From Polyangiales bacterium (GTDB lineage Bacteria; Myxococcota_A; Polyangia; Polyangiales; Polyangiaceae), in NCBI GenBank assembly GCA_038230375.1, contig JBBRNJ010000042.1:10525-74524 (forward strand): a stretch of DNA of 64,000 nt, given 5' to 3'. Position 1 is the first letter of the stretch; every line of letters begins with the position of its first letter. The notes under the pieces are model-generated. The model searched no databases. It saw only the letters and a program-made list of their open reading frames with translations, and was not told the origin of the DNA. Positions 1-10,670 of the stretch are shown here, piece by piece. A program made the translations under genes and the position numbers.

Positions 1-3000
1 GTTCTTCAGCGCTTCGACAACGAGATGGCACTTCGCTATCTCGACCTCCAGGAGAGCGTCGCTTCGCGGGCCGGTCTCACGCTTGACGCCACGTTTCATA
101 CGCGCCGTGGTGATGCCGCGCTGCGGGTCGGGGCGTTCGACGCGAGCGCGCGTGCGTTCGGCGCCGCGCTGGAGATCGCAGACGATCGCCTGACGCGTGC
201 GACGCTGTACGGACGGATTGCCTGGGTTCATCAGACGCGCGGCGAGCCCGATGCCGAGCGGGCCGCGCACGCCGCCCTCGATCAAGCGTTCGCTGCGCTC
301 TCGGCGCGCAGCCCATCGGAGACGCCGCTCAGCGCTGCCATCGGGTTCGCGGCGCTCGCCGTGGGCGAGCTGTCCTCTCGCATTTCGGAAGGTGATGGCG
401 GTCGCGCCCGGCCAGAGATCGAACTTCTCTGCGAGCTCTACTACCAGTCCGCCCGGCTCGGCATGGAGTATGGCAAGCCGCTGCTCCTTGTACAGAGCGC
501 CCTGTCCGCGCGCCGGCTGGCGGTCCGCCTTCCGCCATGTCGGGCGCGCGCCCGTGCACATGCGATGGTGGGTGTGGTCGCTACCGCGGTGGGCCGCGTG
601 CAGTCGGGCGCGGAGCAGCTTGCGATCGCAAAGGCGATGTCGCTCGAGCTGCGCGACCCGGCGACGCACACGTTCTGCCTGCAGCTGGAGGCCGTGGCGG
701 CAAGCATCACCGGGGACTTCGACCGCACGATGCAGCTCTTCCAGCTGTGCATGGACGAGCACGGTCACTGGCTGGAGCTGAACGACTACTGCCTGATGGC
801 GACGAGCATCGAGACCGGCCAGTGGCTCAAGGGCCAGGCGCACCAGAGCCGGGCGGTGATCTCCCTCGCGGTCGAGCGACTTCGCCGCAACCATCACGTG
901 CCCGCCGGGTTCTCCGCGTTCGTAGTGCTGCGCGCGCGGGCAGCGCTGGCGGAGGCTGGTCGGCCGCTCGACGACGACCCGTGGCTTGTCGCGCGGTACG
1001 AGGCTGCTTGCCGCTGGGCCGAGACGGGCCGGGGATTCCTCCACATGCAGTGCTGGGGGCCCCGCCTTCGAATGCTCATTGCGGTGGATGATATCTCTGG
1101 CCAGCTCGAGGCGCTCACCAGCACGTTCGAACACGGGGGCTTCTCGCCGGGCTCCACGCACCTCACCATGAGCGACTACTTCGTCGCGGCCGCTCACACG
1201 CGGATCGATGCCGTGCTGCGCGCGCCGGAGGCAGAGCGCGCGCTCCTCGTGCCCGCCCTGAAGAAGGCGACCGCGGACCTGTGCGCTGCCGCGAAGGCCC
1301 GCCCACTTCGCGTGCATGCGCTGCTCGCGGAAGGGCACCTCGCGCGGGTGTTGGGGAGCGAACGCAAGGCGCGTAAGCTCTTCGCAGAGGCGGAAGAGCT
1401 CGCTCACGAGGTGAACTGCTCGTGGGTGCTCTCCGCGCTCGCCCGGGCACGCGCCCACGTGCTCCGCGAGCAGGGCAGGGAGGAGGCGGCCCGAGACCAG
1501 GCGCGGATCGCGCTCCTCCTCGCGACGGATCAAGGCGCGGTGGTCCGCGCGAAGATGATCCAGGAGGAGTTCCAGCTTCCCACCGCCGACGCCACACCGC
1601 GTGGGAACGAGTCTCGCTCGAGCGTACAGTCCGCGTCCCGCCGGGCGCAGCGCCAGCTCGCATCGCTGCTCAACGTGGTGGGCGCCGCGCAGCCGGGCAT
1701 GCGCCCCAGCGAGCAAGCGGAGATCATCCTGGATAACCTGGTCCGCGATCTGGAGGCGGAGCGCGCCACGCTCTGGTTCCACGCGGACGCAGCCACACCA
1801 GAGCTGCGGCTCGTGCGAACACGGTCTGGCGCGAACGGCCCCCCAGCGGAGCAGGGCGGACCTCGCGACGAGCTCCTGCGCCGCGTCCGCACCACGGGCG
1901 AGCCGTGGCCGCCGCGCGCCGAGAGCCTCCATGGCGTCGGCGGGTCGCTTGACCCGAAGCGCGCGCTCGTTTTTCCTCTGTTCCTCTACGACGCGCCGGT
2001 GGGAGTCGTGTGCCTGGAGCGCCGCGGAGTCGAGGCGCCGTGGAGCCGCGACGAGCGCGAGGTGTTCGAGCTCGTGTCACTCCAGATCCCGGTGGCCATC
2101 GAGATCTGCCGCCTCCTGTCCGAGCGCGCCGAGATGGAGGCACACCTTCTCCAGGCGCAGAAGATGGAGGCCGTGGGCCAGCTGGCCGGCGGAGTCGCGC
2201 ACGACTTCAACAACATGCTCACCGGGATCAAGGCGTCCATCGAGGCGATTGCTGCCATCGCCGACCGCGACCGCCTGGGCGCGATCACCGACGAGCTCGT
2301 GATCATCTCGCAGACGACCGGACGAGCCGCGCGCCTCACGAAGGAGCTACTCTCGTTCTCTCGTCACCAGCCCGCCTCGTTCTCCGAGGTCGACGTCAAC
2401 GCGGCGCTCAACGAGCTGTTGCCCATGTTGCAGCGCATGGTGAGCGCGAGTGTCCGCATTGATGTGCGTCTCGCCCGGCACCTGCGCACGGTCCACACGG
2501 ACCGCGCGAAGTTCGATCAGGCGATCGTCAACCTGGTCCTGAACGCCCGCGATGCCATGGGGGAGCGTCGGGACCCGCAGATCTCCATCACCACGCGAGA
2601 GGTCGTCCTGGACGAAGAGGCCGTGCGTCGCGGTGCGCCCAGGGCGGGCGACTATATCGCGGTCGACGTCACGGACATTGGTACCGGCATGCCGCCCGAG
2701 GTGAAGGCCAAGGTGTTCGATCCGTTCTTCACCACGAAGCCTCTGGGGTCCGGCACTGGCCTTGGCCTCACCACGGTCTACGGCTTCGTGAAGCACTCCG
2801 CGGGATACATCTCCGTCGACAGCGAGGTCGGGCGCGGCACCACGTTCCACATCCACCTGCCGCCCTCGCTGAACGCGATCCGCCACGTGAGCGAGCGACC
2901 GAGCGGCACGTCGCTCATCCACGGCTTGCCGCGCGGCGATCACGCGATCCTCGTCGTCGACGACGACAAGCTCGTGCGCGACTCCGTCATCCGTGTCCTC

Positions 3001-3315
3001 ACGCGCGCGGGCTATCGTACGTTCGCCGCAGCTGGCGGCTCGGACGCGCTCGAGCTCATGGAGACGAAGAAGCACGACATCGCCCTTGTTGTCCTGGACA
3101 TCATGATGCCGGGCATGACGGGGCCGGAGCTGGCGCAGCGCTTCGCGGAGCGGCGCATCCCCGCGAAGGTGCTCTTCGTCTCTGGCTTCGCGCCGGGTGC
3201 GCTGCCGGCCGCAGCGCGCGCCGTGACCCGCGAGTCGCTCCTGCAGAAGCCGTTCGAGAACGCCGATTTGCTCCGCCGCGTGGCGCAGCTACTCGACCAC
3301 GTGGGCGACGCATAG
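1..3315 (+). CDS. Hybrid sensor histidine kinase (helical/TPR-like region, GAF, HisKA, HATPase, REC); 5' end lies before the window
   Basis: Frame is open from base 1 (VLQRFDNEM...). GAF-like [15 protein letters not shown]-box [14 protein letters not shown]-box [10 protein letters not shown]1 [20 protein letters not shown]; receiver ILVVDDD...[10 protein letters not shown]...KP. Confidence 0.9.
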   Translation, partial: VLQRFDNEMALRYLDLQESVASRAGLTLDATFHTRRGDAALRVGAFDASARAFGAALEIADDRLTRATLYGRIAWVHQTRGEPDAERAAHAALDQAFAALSARSPSETPLSAAIGFAALAVGELSSRISEGDGGRARPEIELLCELYYQSARLGMEYGKPLLLVQSALSARRLAVRLPPCRARARAHAMVGVVATAVGRVQSGAEQLAIAKAMSLELRDPATHTFCLQLEAVAASITGDFDRTMQLFQLCMDEHGHWLELNDYCLMATSIETGQWLKGQAHQSRAVISLAVERLRRNHHVPAGFSAFVVLRARAALAEAGRPLDDDPWLVARYEAACRWAETGRGFLHMQCWGPRLRMLIAVDDISGQLEALTSTFEHGGFSPGSTHLTMSDYFVAAAHTRIDAVLRAPEAERALLVPALKKATADLCAAAKARPLRVHALLAEGHLARVLGSERKARKLFAEAEELAHEVNCSWVLSALARARAHVLREQGREEAARDQARIALLLATDQGAVVRAKMIQEEFQLPTADATPRGNESRSSVQSASRRAQRQLASLLNVVGAAQPGMRPSEQAEIILDNLVRDLEAERATLWFHADAATPELRLVRTRSGANGPPAEQGGPRDELLRRVRTTGEPWPPRAESLHGVGGSLDPKRALVFPLFLYDAPVGVVCLERRGVEAPWSRDEREVFELVSLQIPVAIEICRLLSERAEMEAHLLQAQKMEAVGQLAGGVAHDFNNMLTGIKASIEAIAAIADRDRLGAITDELVIISQTTGRAARLTKELLSFSRHQPASFSEVDVNAALNELLPMLQRMVSASVRIDVRLARHLRTVHTDRAKFDQAIVNLVLNARDAMGERRDPQISITTREVVLDEEAVRRGAPRAGDYIAVDVTDIGTGMPPEVKAKVFDPFFTTKPLGSGTGLGLTTVYGFVKHSAGYISVDSEVGRGTTFHIHLPPSLNAIRHVSERPSGTSLIHGLPRGDHAILVVDDDKLVRDSVIRVLTRAGYRTFAAAGGSDALELMETKKHDIALVVLDIMMPGMTGPELAQRFAERRIPAKVLFVSGFAPGALPAAARAVTRESLLQKPFENADLLRRVAQLLDHVGDA

Positions 3316-3957
3316 CTTCTCGAGCTCGTGCCGATCGAAGTAGGGCGCAGTGAAGGTCTTGCCCTCGGACTCGAAGCGCGCCTTCGACACTGCTTTCATC
3401 TCCGCGATCACGCGGTGAAAGGCGTCGTCGTCGAGACCGATGGCGTCGCGGTTCACGAGCAGCCACACCAGCGCGGACACGTCGCACTGGAGCTCCGTCA
3501 TCGCTCGCTCCTCGAACGGCCCATGGTTGTGGAAGTGTGCCCAGTCGTGCAGACCCCACACGAGGGCGTTCAGGTTGTCTGCGGCCAGCCAGAGGTAGTC
3601 CTTCGGTACAAGGCGCCGCTCGAAGAAGGCGTCCGTGGCGTCATCGATGCCGTAGGGGGCGAGCGCCCATTCGTCCCGAAGGCCCATGCCCAGCGCGTGC
3701 AGCGACGCCAGCTCACGTGGTAGAAAGGTGCATTCTGCATGCATCACGAAGACCATGCGCGCGGGATTTCCCCCGTCGATCGGCGTGGTCCTGTCGAAAG
3801 CAACGAACCCCTGGCGCGCGTGCTCGTCCGCCTGCTCGTCCGGGCGCCCCCACGTGAGGGTCGAAAGGGGCGCGTGGCCGAAGCCGTCGAACACCCCCTT
3901 GGCCACGAAGGGACGGAGCTCTGGAATCGATGGCGTAGCGAGGAGCGTGCAAAACAC
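3289..3957 (-). CDS. Hypothetical protein with HDxxH-HxH...ExxCD putative metal-binding motif
   Basis: Natural-looking 222-aa ORF with GTG start; motif LHDWAHFHNHGPFEERAMTELQCD. Confidence 0.7.
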   Translation of the reverse strand: MFCTLLATPSIPELRPFVAKGVFDGFGHAPLSTLTWGRPDEQADEHARQGFVAFDRTTPIDGGNPARMVFVMHAECTFLPRELASLHALGMGLRDEWALAPYGIDDATDAFFERRLVPKDYLWLAADNLNALVWGLHDWAHFHNHGPFEERAMTELQCDVSALVWLLVNRDAIGLDDDAFHRVIAEMKAVSKARFESEGKTFTAPYFDRHELEKLCVAHVVE

Positions 3958-3990
3958 TTTTTTTTGGTATGCTCGACCGAAGCGCTGACG

Positions 3991-4866
3991 ATGTCACAGA
4001 TCCTGCCGCCGAAGAAAGATGTCGCGCTGGCGCTCCTCGAGCGTGCCAGTGTCTTCGTGCACCTCGATCCTCGAGGCGTGGGCGTCGTCGTGCCGATGCA
4101 TTTCAAGAAGCAGCCGCGGCTGGTCCTCCAGATCGGCTTGAACATGGCGGTGCCCATCCCGGACCTGCGTCTGGATGACCAGGGCCTGTCGTGCACGCTC
4201 AGCTTCAACCGCTCGCTCTTCCACTGCGTGGTGCCCTGGTCCGGCATCTTCGCGCTCGTAGGTGAGGACGGTCGCGGCATGGTCTGGCCAGAGGACGTAC
4301 CGCAAGAGATCGCCCGCGAGATGTCTCCTCAGAAGGATGAAGGCAAGACCGACGGCAGTCCTGCGGCCCCGATAGGTGGAACGGGCGGCCCCACTGGCAT
4401 CGCCGGTGGTCGCAAGCGACCGCAGATGTCGCTCGTGTCCAGCCCGAGCGCGGATCCAAAGCGCCCGAGCAAGCGCGCGGGCAGCGGGAGCAAGTCGCCG
4501 GCGGCCGATGCGCGCCGAAAGCGCGACGACACCGACAAGCCCACGCTCTTCAAGGTGGGCGACGGCGACGGGCACGGAAAGCCGAGCAAGCCGAGCAAGC
4601 CCACGCAGATCGGGCGTCACACCCCGTCCGCGCCGTCCGCCAAAGACGCACGCGGTCGGTCCGCTGTCGACCGGGCCGAGGAGAAACCCAGCGATAAATC
4701 GAAGGGTGAGGACCACGGAAGCGCGAAGCCCGCAGGTGCAGGCCAACCCAGCGCTCCTCCCAGTCCCCCCACTCCTTCCACGGCTCCGCGTACTCCCGGG
4801 AGCTCGCCGCCGGGCAAGCGCTCACCGAAGCGCGAGCTGCCGCCGTATCTTCGCGTCGTGAAGTAG
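3991..4866 (+). CDS. sspB: ClpXP protease adaptor SspB family protein with long disordered tail
   Basis: VHLDPR...VVVP...LVLQIG..M..PIPDL...CTLSFN....CVVPW.GIFAL core; C-terminal PYLRVVK matches the SspB ClpX-binding tail; start moved to ATG 3991. Confidence 0.85.
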   Translation: MSQILPPKKDVALALLERASVFVHLDPRGVGVVVPMHFKKQPRLVLQIGLNMAVPIPDLRLDDQGLSCTLSFNRSLFHCVVPWSGIFALVGEDGRGMVWPEDVPQEIAREMSPQKDEGKTDGSPAAPIGGTGGPTGIAGGRKRPQMSLVSSPSADPKRPSKRAGSGSKSPAADARRKRDDTDKPTLFKVGDGDGHGKPSKPSKPTQIGRHTPSAPSAKDARGRSAVDRAEEKPSDKSKGEDHGSAKPAGAGQPSAPPSPPTPSTAPRTPGSSPPGKRSPKRELPPYLRVVK

Positions 4867-4871
4867 GCGAC

Positions 4872-5993
4872 GTGAAGTCTCTCGTCGTGGTCGTCGTGGC
4901 CGTCATCATCTGCGTCGGCCTCGACCTTGGTCTCGACAGCGTCATCAAGGACAGCTCGCTCCGCCAGCTGCTCATGCTGTCGGCGTGCAACATCCTGGTC
5001 GCGCTCTCGCTCAACGTGATCAACGGCATGGCGGGGCAGTTCTCCATCGGCCACGCGGGCTTCATCGGCATTGGCGGCTACACGAGCGCCATCGTCAGCG
5101 CGCACCTGCATCAGGCGCTCGGCGGCGGTGCCGTGACGTTCGGCAAGTCGTTCGTCGTGGTGCCGATCGCGTTGCTGGCGTCGTCGGCCATTGCCGGGGT
5201 GTTCGGGCTGCTCGTGGGCTTGCCCAGCTTGCGCCTCAAGGGCGACTACCTTGCGATCGTGACGCTGGGCTTCGCGGAGATCTTCCGTCTGGTGATCGCC
5301 ACCGCGCAGGCCAGCGCCGCGAACCAGTCCGTGGGCGCGGTCTTCCATGCGCGCGGCGTGTTCGCGGGCCTTTCTGCTGCGGTGTCGAACATGGGCGGAC
5401 AGAACGGCTACGCAGGCCTCCACAACGAGGGCGTGCCGCTCTATGCGGGACCGTTCTGGATCATCGGGCTTGCGCTGCTCCTGGGCGTTGTCGCGTGGCG
5501 CCTCAAGTTCTCGGGCTGGGGCCGTGCGCTCCGCGCCCTTCGCGAGGACGAGATCGCCGCTGGCGCCGTGGGTGTGGACCCCACGCGCTACAAGGTCACC
5601 TCTTTCGTGATCGCGGCGGTGGGCGCAGGGATCGCCGGCGGCCTCATGGCCATGAACCGCGACGGCACGCCCACTGTACAACCGGACATGTACAACTTCG
5701 CGTCCAGCTTCGACGCGATCACCATGGTCATCCTGGGCGGCTCTGGCAGCGTCACCGGCGCGGCGATCGGCGGCGTGTTCGTCACGCTCACGGTCAAGGC
5801 CATCGAGTACGTGCAGAGCACCGACGTGGTGCAGAACCTGAAGCGGACCTCGTTCCAGTCGCTCGACCTCAACGCGCTGCGCATGATCATCTACGCGGGC
5901 GTGCTCATCGCGCTCATGATCGTGCGTCCGGAAGGTTTGCTCGGCGAACGCGAAATCACGCAGAAAAAGGCCGGAAAGAAGGCGCTCGCCTAG
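4872..5993 (+). CDS. livM: Branched-chain amino acid ABC transporter permease
   Basis: SLNVINGMAGQFSIGHAGF, LRLKGDYLAIVTLGFAEI, GRALRALREDEIAA, MVILGGSGS. Confidence 0.9.
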   Translation: MKSLVVVVVAVIICVGLDLGLDSVIKDSSLRQLLMLSACNILVALSLNVINGMAGQFSIGHAGFIGIGGYTSAIVSAHLHQALGGGAVTFGKSFVVVPIALLASSAIAGVFGLLVGLPSLRLKGDYLAIVTLGFAEIFRLVIATAQASAANQSVGAVFHARGVFAGLSAAVSNMGGQNGYAGLHNEGVPLYAGPFWIIGLALLLGVVAWRLKFSGWGRALRALREDEIAAGAVGVDPTRYKVTSFVIAAVGAGIAGGLMAMNRDGTPTVQPDMYNFASSFDAITMVILGGSGSVTGAAIGGVFVTLTVKAIEYVQSTDVVQNLKRTSFQSLDLNALRMIIYAGVLIALMIVRPEGLLGEREITQKKAGKKALA

Positions 5994-6833
5994 ATGCCGC
6001 GGATCCCCTCCGAAGGCGTACCGTCCGAAGGCGCTACCCCGCTGGCACGCTCCGAAGGCGCGCGCCTTGTGCTCTCTCACGTCTCGAAGAACTTCGGCGG
6101 CCTCCGCGCCGTCGGCGACGTGAGCTTCACGGTGCCTCCCAAGGCAATCTTCGGCCTCATCGGTCCGAACGGCGCGGGCAAGACCACCGTCTTCAACTTG
6201 ATCACCGGCGTCTACAAGCACGATGCGGGCTCGATCACGTTCGGTGACGAAGACCTCAAGCCCAAGAAACCGGCGCAGATCGCGGCCGCGGGAATCGCGC
6301 GTACGTTCCAGAACATTCGGCTCTTCTCGCAGCTCACGGTCCTGGAGAACCTGCTGGTGGCCACGGAGCTGGCGAAGAGCGCGGGACTCTTCTCGTCCAT
6401 CCTCCGCACCGCCGCACACCACTCGGATGAGGAGGTCTCGCGCAAGCAGGCGAAGGAGCTCCTCAAGGTCTTCGATCTGGAGAGCGTCGCGGACGAGCCC
6501 TCCACGTCGCTGCCGTACGGCAACCAGCGCCGCCTGGAGATCGCGCGCGCGATGATGTTGAAGCCCAAGCTGCTGCTCCTGGACGAGCCCGCCGCGGGCA
6601 TGAACTATGGAGAGGCGGAGGGCCTCAAGACCCAGATCAAATGGCTGCGGGACGAGTTCTCGCTCACCGTCGTGCTCGTGGAGCACAACATGCAGGTCGT
6701 CATGGGCGTGTGCGAGGACATCCACGTGCTCGACCACGGCGAGACCATCGCGCACGGCACGCCCGCAGAGGTGAAGAAGCATCCCAAGGTGCTGGCCGCG
6801 TACCTTGGCGAGGACGAGGAGTCCCACGGCTGA
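5994..6833 (+). CDS. livG: Branched-chain amino acid ABC transporter ATP-binding protein
   Basis: Walker [49 protein letters not shown]. Confidence 0.92.
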   Translation: MPRIPSEGVPSEGATPLARSEGARLVLSHVSKNFGGLRAVGDVSFTVPPKAIFGLIGPNGAGKTTVFNLITGVYKHDAGSITFGDEDLKPKKPAQIAAAGIARTFQNIRLFSQLTVLENLLVATELAKSAGLFSSILRTAAHHSDEEVSRKQAKELLKVFDLESVADEPSTSLPYGNQRRLEIARAMMLKPKLLLLDEPAAGMNYGEAEGLKTQIKWLRDEFSLTVVLVEHNMQVVMGVCEDIHVLDHGETIAHGTPAEVKKHPKVLAAYLGEDEESHG

Positions 6834-7591
6834 TGCGCGTCTTGCACCCCACGCGCCCCAAGGCCAATGTCGCTCTTGGAAAGCCGCTGCTCGTGCTCGA
6901 TGGTGTCCATGTCGCGTACGGCGGCATCAAGGCGCTGAAGGGCATCTCGCTCCAGGTGAACAAGGGCGAGATCGTCGCGATGATCGGCGCGAACGGCGCT
7001 GGCAAGACGACCACGCTGAAGACCATCGCGCGCGTTCTCACGCCTACAAAGGGCGTGGTCTCGTACGCGGGCGAAAGCACCATGACGCACTCGACGGAGG
7101 GCCTTGTGGCCGTCGGCGTGTCGCTCGTGCCCGAGGGCCGCGCGATCTTCCCGAACCTCACCGTGCGCGAGAACCTGGAGATCGGCGCGTACCTCCATCG
7201 TCACCCCCAGACCATGAAGGAGACGATCGAGGACGTGACGAAGCTCTTTCCGCGCCTGGGTGAGCGCATGAGCCAGGAGGGCGGCACGCTCTCCGGCGGT
7301 GAGCAGCAGATGCTAGCGATCGGGCGGGCGCTGATGGCGCGTCCGGAGCTGCTCCTCCTGGACGAGCCGTCGCTCGGTATCGCGCCGAAGCTCGTGCAGC
7401 AGATCTTCGAGGCGATCTCCGAGATCGCCGCCGCGGGCGTGACCATCCTGCTCGTGGAGCAGAACACGCGCATCGCCCTCAAGACATCGAGCCGCGCGTA
7501 TGTGCTTCGCACCGGAGAGATCGCGCTGAGCGGACCGTCGAAGGAGCTCGCGGAGAACCCGGAAATACAAGCCGCCTATCTGGGGGGCTGA
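6833..7591 (+). CDS. livF: Branched-chain amino acid ABC transporter ATP-binding protein
   Basis: TGATG overlap with liv[46 protein letters not shown]. Confidence 0.92.
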   Translation: MRVLHPTRPKANVALGKPLLVLDGVHVAYGGIKALKGISLQVNKGEIVAMIGANGAGKTTTLKTIARVLTPTKGVVSYAGESTMTHSTEGLVAVGVSLVPEGRAIFPNLTVRENLEIGAYLHRHPQTMKETIEDVTKLFPRLGERMSQEGGTLSGGEQQMLAIGRALMARPELLLLDEPSLGIAPKLVQQIFEAISEIAAAGVTILLVEQNTRIALKTSSRAYVLRTGEIALSGPSKELAENPEIQAAYLGG

Positions 7592-7594
7592 ACT

Positions 7595-8629
7595 CTACTG
7601 GCGGACGTTCTTGCAGGCGTTTTCGATCGTGTCCTGCGCGCGCTCCCGTGTGCGGTTGTCGCCGCCGCGCGTGGCGACCGGGAGCGTCTTGCACGTCTCC
7701 CTGAGCTCCGTGGTCTCCGCGCCGATCGGATCAATTGCTTGTACTATGCATGCACGCGCGGCGGGCGCCTGGAAGAGCAACGCGGAGAGCGCGGGGTCGA
7801 GCTCGTGAGCGCAGCGCTTCAGCGCGAATGACAGCGGTACAGCGAGCGCGCCGTAGGTCTCTTTCGGTCGCTCGGCGAGCGCGCGCTGCCATACGATGGT
7901 GAGCCGCGGGCAGGGGAGATCTCCCTTCGCCGCCACGGAGAGCAGGCCCGGCTCGGCGGCGGTCGCAAGCCAACCGAGTACGACCTCGTCGGTCTTCGCG
8001 AGCGCTGTCACGGTTGCGACGCACGACGGGTTATCGCGCGCCTCGCTAGGGACTGCCAGCAAGGTGGACTTCGCGTCGCCCGATGCGTCGGGGCTGGAGA
8101 GGCCCTGGCACATGGCGCCGCGGGTGTGTGGGTCGACCAGGCGGCGCTCGACGGCGGCGTGTGCGCCAGGACCGATGCTGGAGAGCACGGCGGCGATCAC
8201 CGAGCCCTGCAGCGACGACGAGAGGCGCACCATCGACTGCTCCAGGTCGGTGACGAACGGCGCGACGCGAATGTCCCGTCGGGGGAGCGCGGATGCTGCG
8301 AGCCCAGCTCTGGCCGGATCGGCCAGGCCCTGACGTAGCATCTCGCCGCCCCATGGTGCGCCGCGCAGGGCGGCCGCCCACGCGGCGAGATAGACGTTCA
8401 CGTCGGAGTCCGCGCGCTTCGCGAGGGCCGCACGCGCCGCCGGGTTTGTGTCCGCCAGGCGGCCAAGCGCAGCAACTGCGTCTCCGGAGCTGGCCTCATC
8501 CAGGAAGGCCACATCCCCCTTCTGCTCCGCCTCCTGGACCGTGGGCGTGTGGCAGCCTGTGGAGATTGCTGAGGATGCAGCAGTGCCGATCAGGACCAGG
8601 GCGAACAGCGAAGCGCGGGCGCGAGTCAC
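7595..8629 (-). CDS. Hypothetical lipoprotein, helical/HEAT-like and Cys-containing
   Basis: Signal peptide ending STGC after GTG 8629; TACCAT -10-like hexamer 6 nt upstream. Confidence 0.7.
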   Translation of the reverse strand: MTRARASLFALVLIGTAASSAISTGCHTPTVQEAEQKGDVAFLDEASSGDAVAALGRLADTNPAARAALAKRADSDVNVYLAAWAAALRGAPWGGEMLRQGLADPARAGLAASALPRRDIRVAPFVTDLEQSMVRLSSSLQGSVIAAVLSSIGPGAHAAVERRLVDPHTRGAMCQGLSSPDASGDAKSTLLAVPSEARDNPSCVATVTALAKTDEVVLGWLATAAEPGLLSVAAKGDLPCPRLTIVWQRALAERPKETYGALAVPLSFALKRCAHELDPALSALLFQAPAARACIVQAIDPIGAETTELRETCKTLPVATRGGDNRTRERAQDTIENACKNVRQ

Positions 8630-8684
8630 GTAGGGATGGTACCTGACCCACAACGGTGCGACAACCACCGGCATCAGAGTTGCC

Positions 8685-9611
8685 GTGAAAGTCGTCATCA
8701 CAGGCGGAACGGGCTTCATCGGACAGGCGCTCTCGCGCGCTCTGACCGAGCGAGGTGACGACGTCACGGTGCTGACGCGAGGGGTCCACAGCGACGTGCC
8801 CCGAGCGGAGACCCGCGTTCGCTTCGCGGAGTGGACGCCCGAGCACGACGGTAGCTGGACGCGCGAGCTCGACGGCGCGGATGCGGTCGTTCATCTCGCG
8901 GGAGCGGGCGTGGTCGACAAGAGCTGGACACCGGAACGACTGCGCGAGATCGAGCGCAGCCGCGTCGTTCCTGCCGACATCCTTGCTCGCACCATGGCCC
9001 GGTCGAAGGACAAGCCGAAGGTGTTCATAAGCGGCTCCGCCGTTGGCTACTACGGCATGCGTGCGGACGACACGCCGTGCATCGAGTCCACCGCGCCAGG
9101 CACCGACGAGCTCGGCCGCATCTGCGTGGAGTGGGAGCGCGCGGCGAACCCGGCAGCCGATGCGGGGGTGCGTGTGGTGCACCCGCGCACGGGGCTCGTC
9201 CTCGGGCGTGACGGCGGCATGCTCGCGAAGATGCTTCCGGCGTTCAAAGCGTACGTCGGCGGTCCCATCGGATCGGGGCATCAGTACATGCCATGGATCC
9301 ACATGGAGGACGCGGTGCGCGCGCTTCTCTTCGCGATCGACAGCGACACGCTGTCCGGCCCCGTGAACGTGGTTGCACCGAACCCGGTCACGATGGACGA
9401 GTTCAGCCAGACGCTCGGCTGCGCGCTGCACCGGCCCTGTCTGTTTCGCGTGCCGTCGTTCGCGGCGAAGCTCGCGCTGGGCGAACGGAGCCGCGCGGTG
9501 CTCACCGGCCAGCGCGCGCTGCCCGCGAAGCTGGACGCGGCGAACTTCGCCTTCCTGTTCCCCACCATTCGCTGCGCGCTAGAGGATCTCTTCGGCGAAG
9601 CCGCCCACTGA
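8685..9611 (+). CDS. TIGR01777-family NAD-dependent epimerase/oxidoreductase (YfcH-like)
   Basis: TGGTGFIG Rossmann motif, SGSAVGYYG, ICVEWE, RTGLVLG, GSGHQYMPWIH. Confidence 0.9.
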   Translation: MKVVITGGTGFIGQALSRALTERGDDVTVLTRGVHSDVPRAETRVRFAEWTPEHDGSWTRELDGADAVVHLAGAGVVDKSWTPERLREIERSRVVPADILARTMARSKDKPKVFISGSAVGYYGMRADDTPCIESTAPGTDELGRICVEWERAANPAADAGVRVVHPRTGLVLGRDGGMLAKMLPAFKAYVGGPIGSGHQYMPWIHMEDAVRALLFAIDSDTLSGPVNVVAPNPVTMDEFSQTLGCALHRPCLFRVPSFAAKLALGERSRAVLTGQRALPAKLDAANFAFLFPTIRCALEDLFGEAAH

Positions 9612-9629
9612 GTTACGCTCGCGCCTGGT

Positions 9630-10667
9630 TTGAACGCCTCAGTCAGACGCCTCTTGTACGCGCTCATCGTGCTCATGACCCTCGTGGGCGCGGGATCGCT
9701 TGGCTACTACGTCGTCGGCCACGGGCGGTGGACGCTCGCCGACTGCGCGTACATGACGGTGATCACGCTCTCCACGGTTGGCTTCCAGGAGCTCTCCAAG
9801 ATGAACGAGGTGCCCGGCGCCCGGCCGATCACCATCGCACTCATCGTGAGCGGTGTCGGAACGCTCGCGTACGTCCAAGGTAACCTCACGGCTCTCCTCG
9901 TCGAGGGCGTCATCGGCCAAGCGCTGCGGAGAAATCGAATGCGAAAACAGGTCGAGAGCCTGAGGGATCATGTCGTGGTCGCGGGCGCGGGCGCGACGGG
10001 GCGGCACGTCATCGAAGAGCTCCATGCCACGAAGACTCCATTCGTGGTGATCGACACGAATCTGGAGCACCTGAACAAGATCTCCGAGGAGATCACGGAC
10101 GGGAAGCTCCTCTACGTCCACGGCGACGCCACGGATGATCACACGCTGATCGCCGCGAATATCGTCGCCGCGAAGGGCGTGGTCGCAGCACTCACGCACG
10201 ACAAGGACAACCTCTTCGTGACGCTGAGTGTGCGGTCGCTCAACGCGCAGGCGCGCATCGTGGCAAAGATCATCGACGACCATTCCGGCCCCAAGATGCT
10301 GAAGGCCGGCGCGACCTCCACCGTCAACCCGACGATGATCGGCGGGCGCCGCATGGTGAGTGAGCTCATTCGCCCCGAGGTGACCGAGTTCATGGATCAG
10401 ATGCTGCGCGACAAGGACAAGGCGCTGCGTCTGTCGGAGGTCGTGATACGCGAGGGCTCCAAGTTCGCTGGCGTCCAGCTGAAGGACGCCCCCATCCGCC
10501 GCGAGACCAGGCTGCTCGTGGTGGCGATCCGCGGCGTCGATCGCAAGTTCACGTACAACCCGGAACCAGACATGGTGCTCGAGGCCGGAACGACGCTGAT
10601 CGTGCTGGGAGAAGCCGACAGCGTCAATCGCCTGCAGAAGATCGTGGATGGGGAAGGGGAAGGGTAG
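9630..10667 (+). CDS. Potassium channel family protein (2TM pore + TrkA-N/TrkA-C RCK domains)
   Basis: YMTVITLSTVGFQE pore segment, HVVVAGAGATG, GDAT, C-terminal VVAIRG...YNPEPD.VLEAG.TLIVLG. Confidence 0.88.
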   Translation: MNASVRRLLYALIVLMTLVGAGSLGYYVVGHGRWTLADCAYMTVITLSTVGFQELSKMNEVPGARPITIALIVSGVGTLAYVQGNLTALLVEGVIGQALRRNRMRKQVESLRDHVVVAGAGATGRHVIEELHATKTPFVVIDTNLEHLNKISEEITDGKLLYVHGDATDDHTLIAANIVAAKGVVAALTHDKDNLFVTLSVRSLNAQARIVAKIIDDHSGPKMLKAGATSTVNPTMIGGRRMVSELIRPEVTEFMDQMLRDKDKALRLSEVVIREGSKFAGVQLKDAPIRRETRLLVVAIRGVDRKFTYNPEPDMVLEAGTTLIVLGEADSVNRLQKIVDGEGEG

Positions 10668-10670
10668 ACG

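Noticed and set aside
3958..3965. T8 homopolymer as a phase-variation tract
   Set aside because: Short, and simply explained as AT-rich spacer of a divergent promoter next to TGgTATGCT
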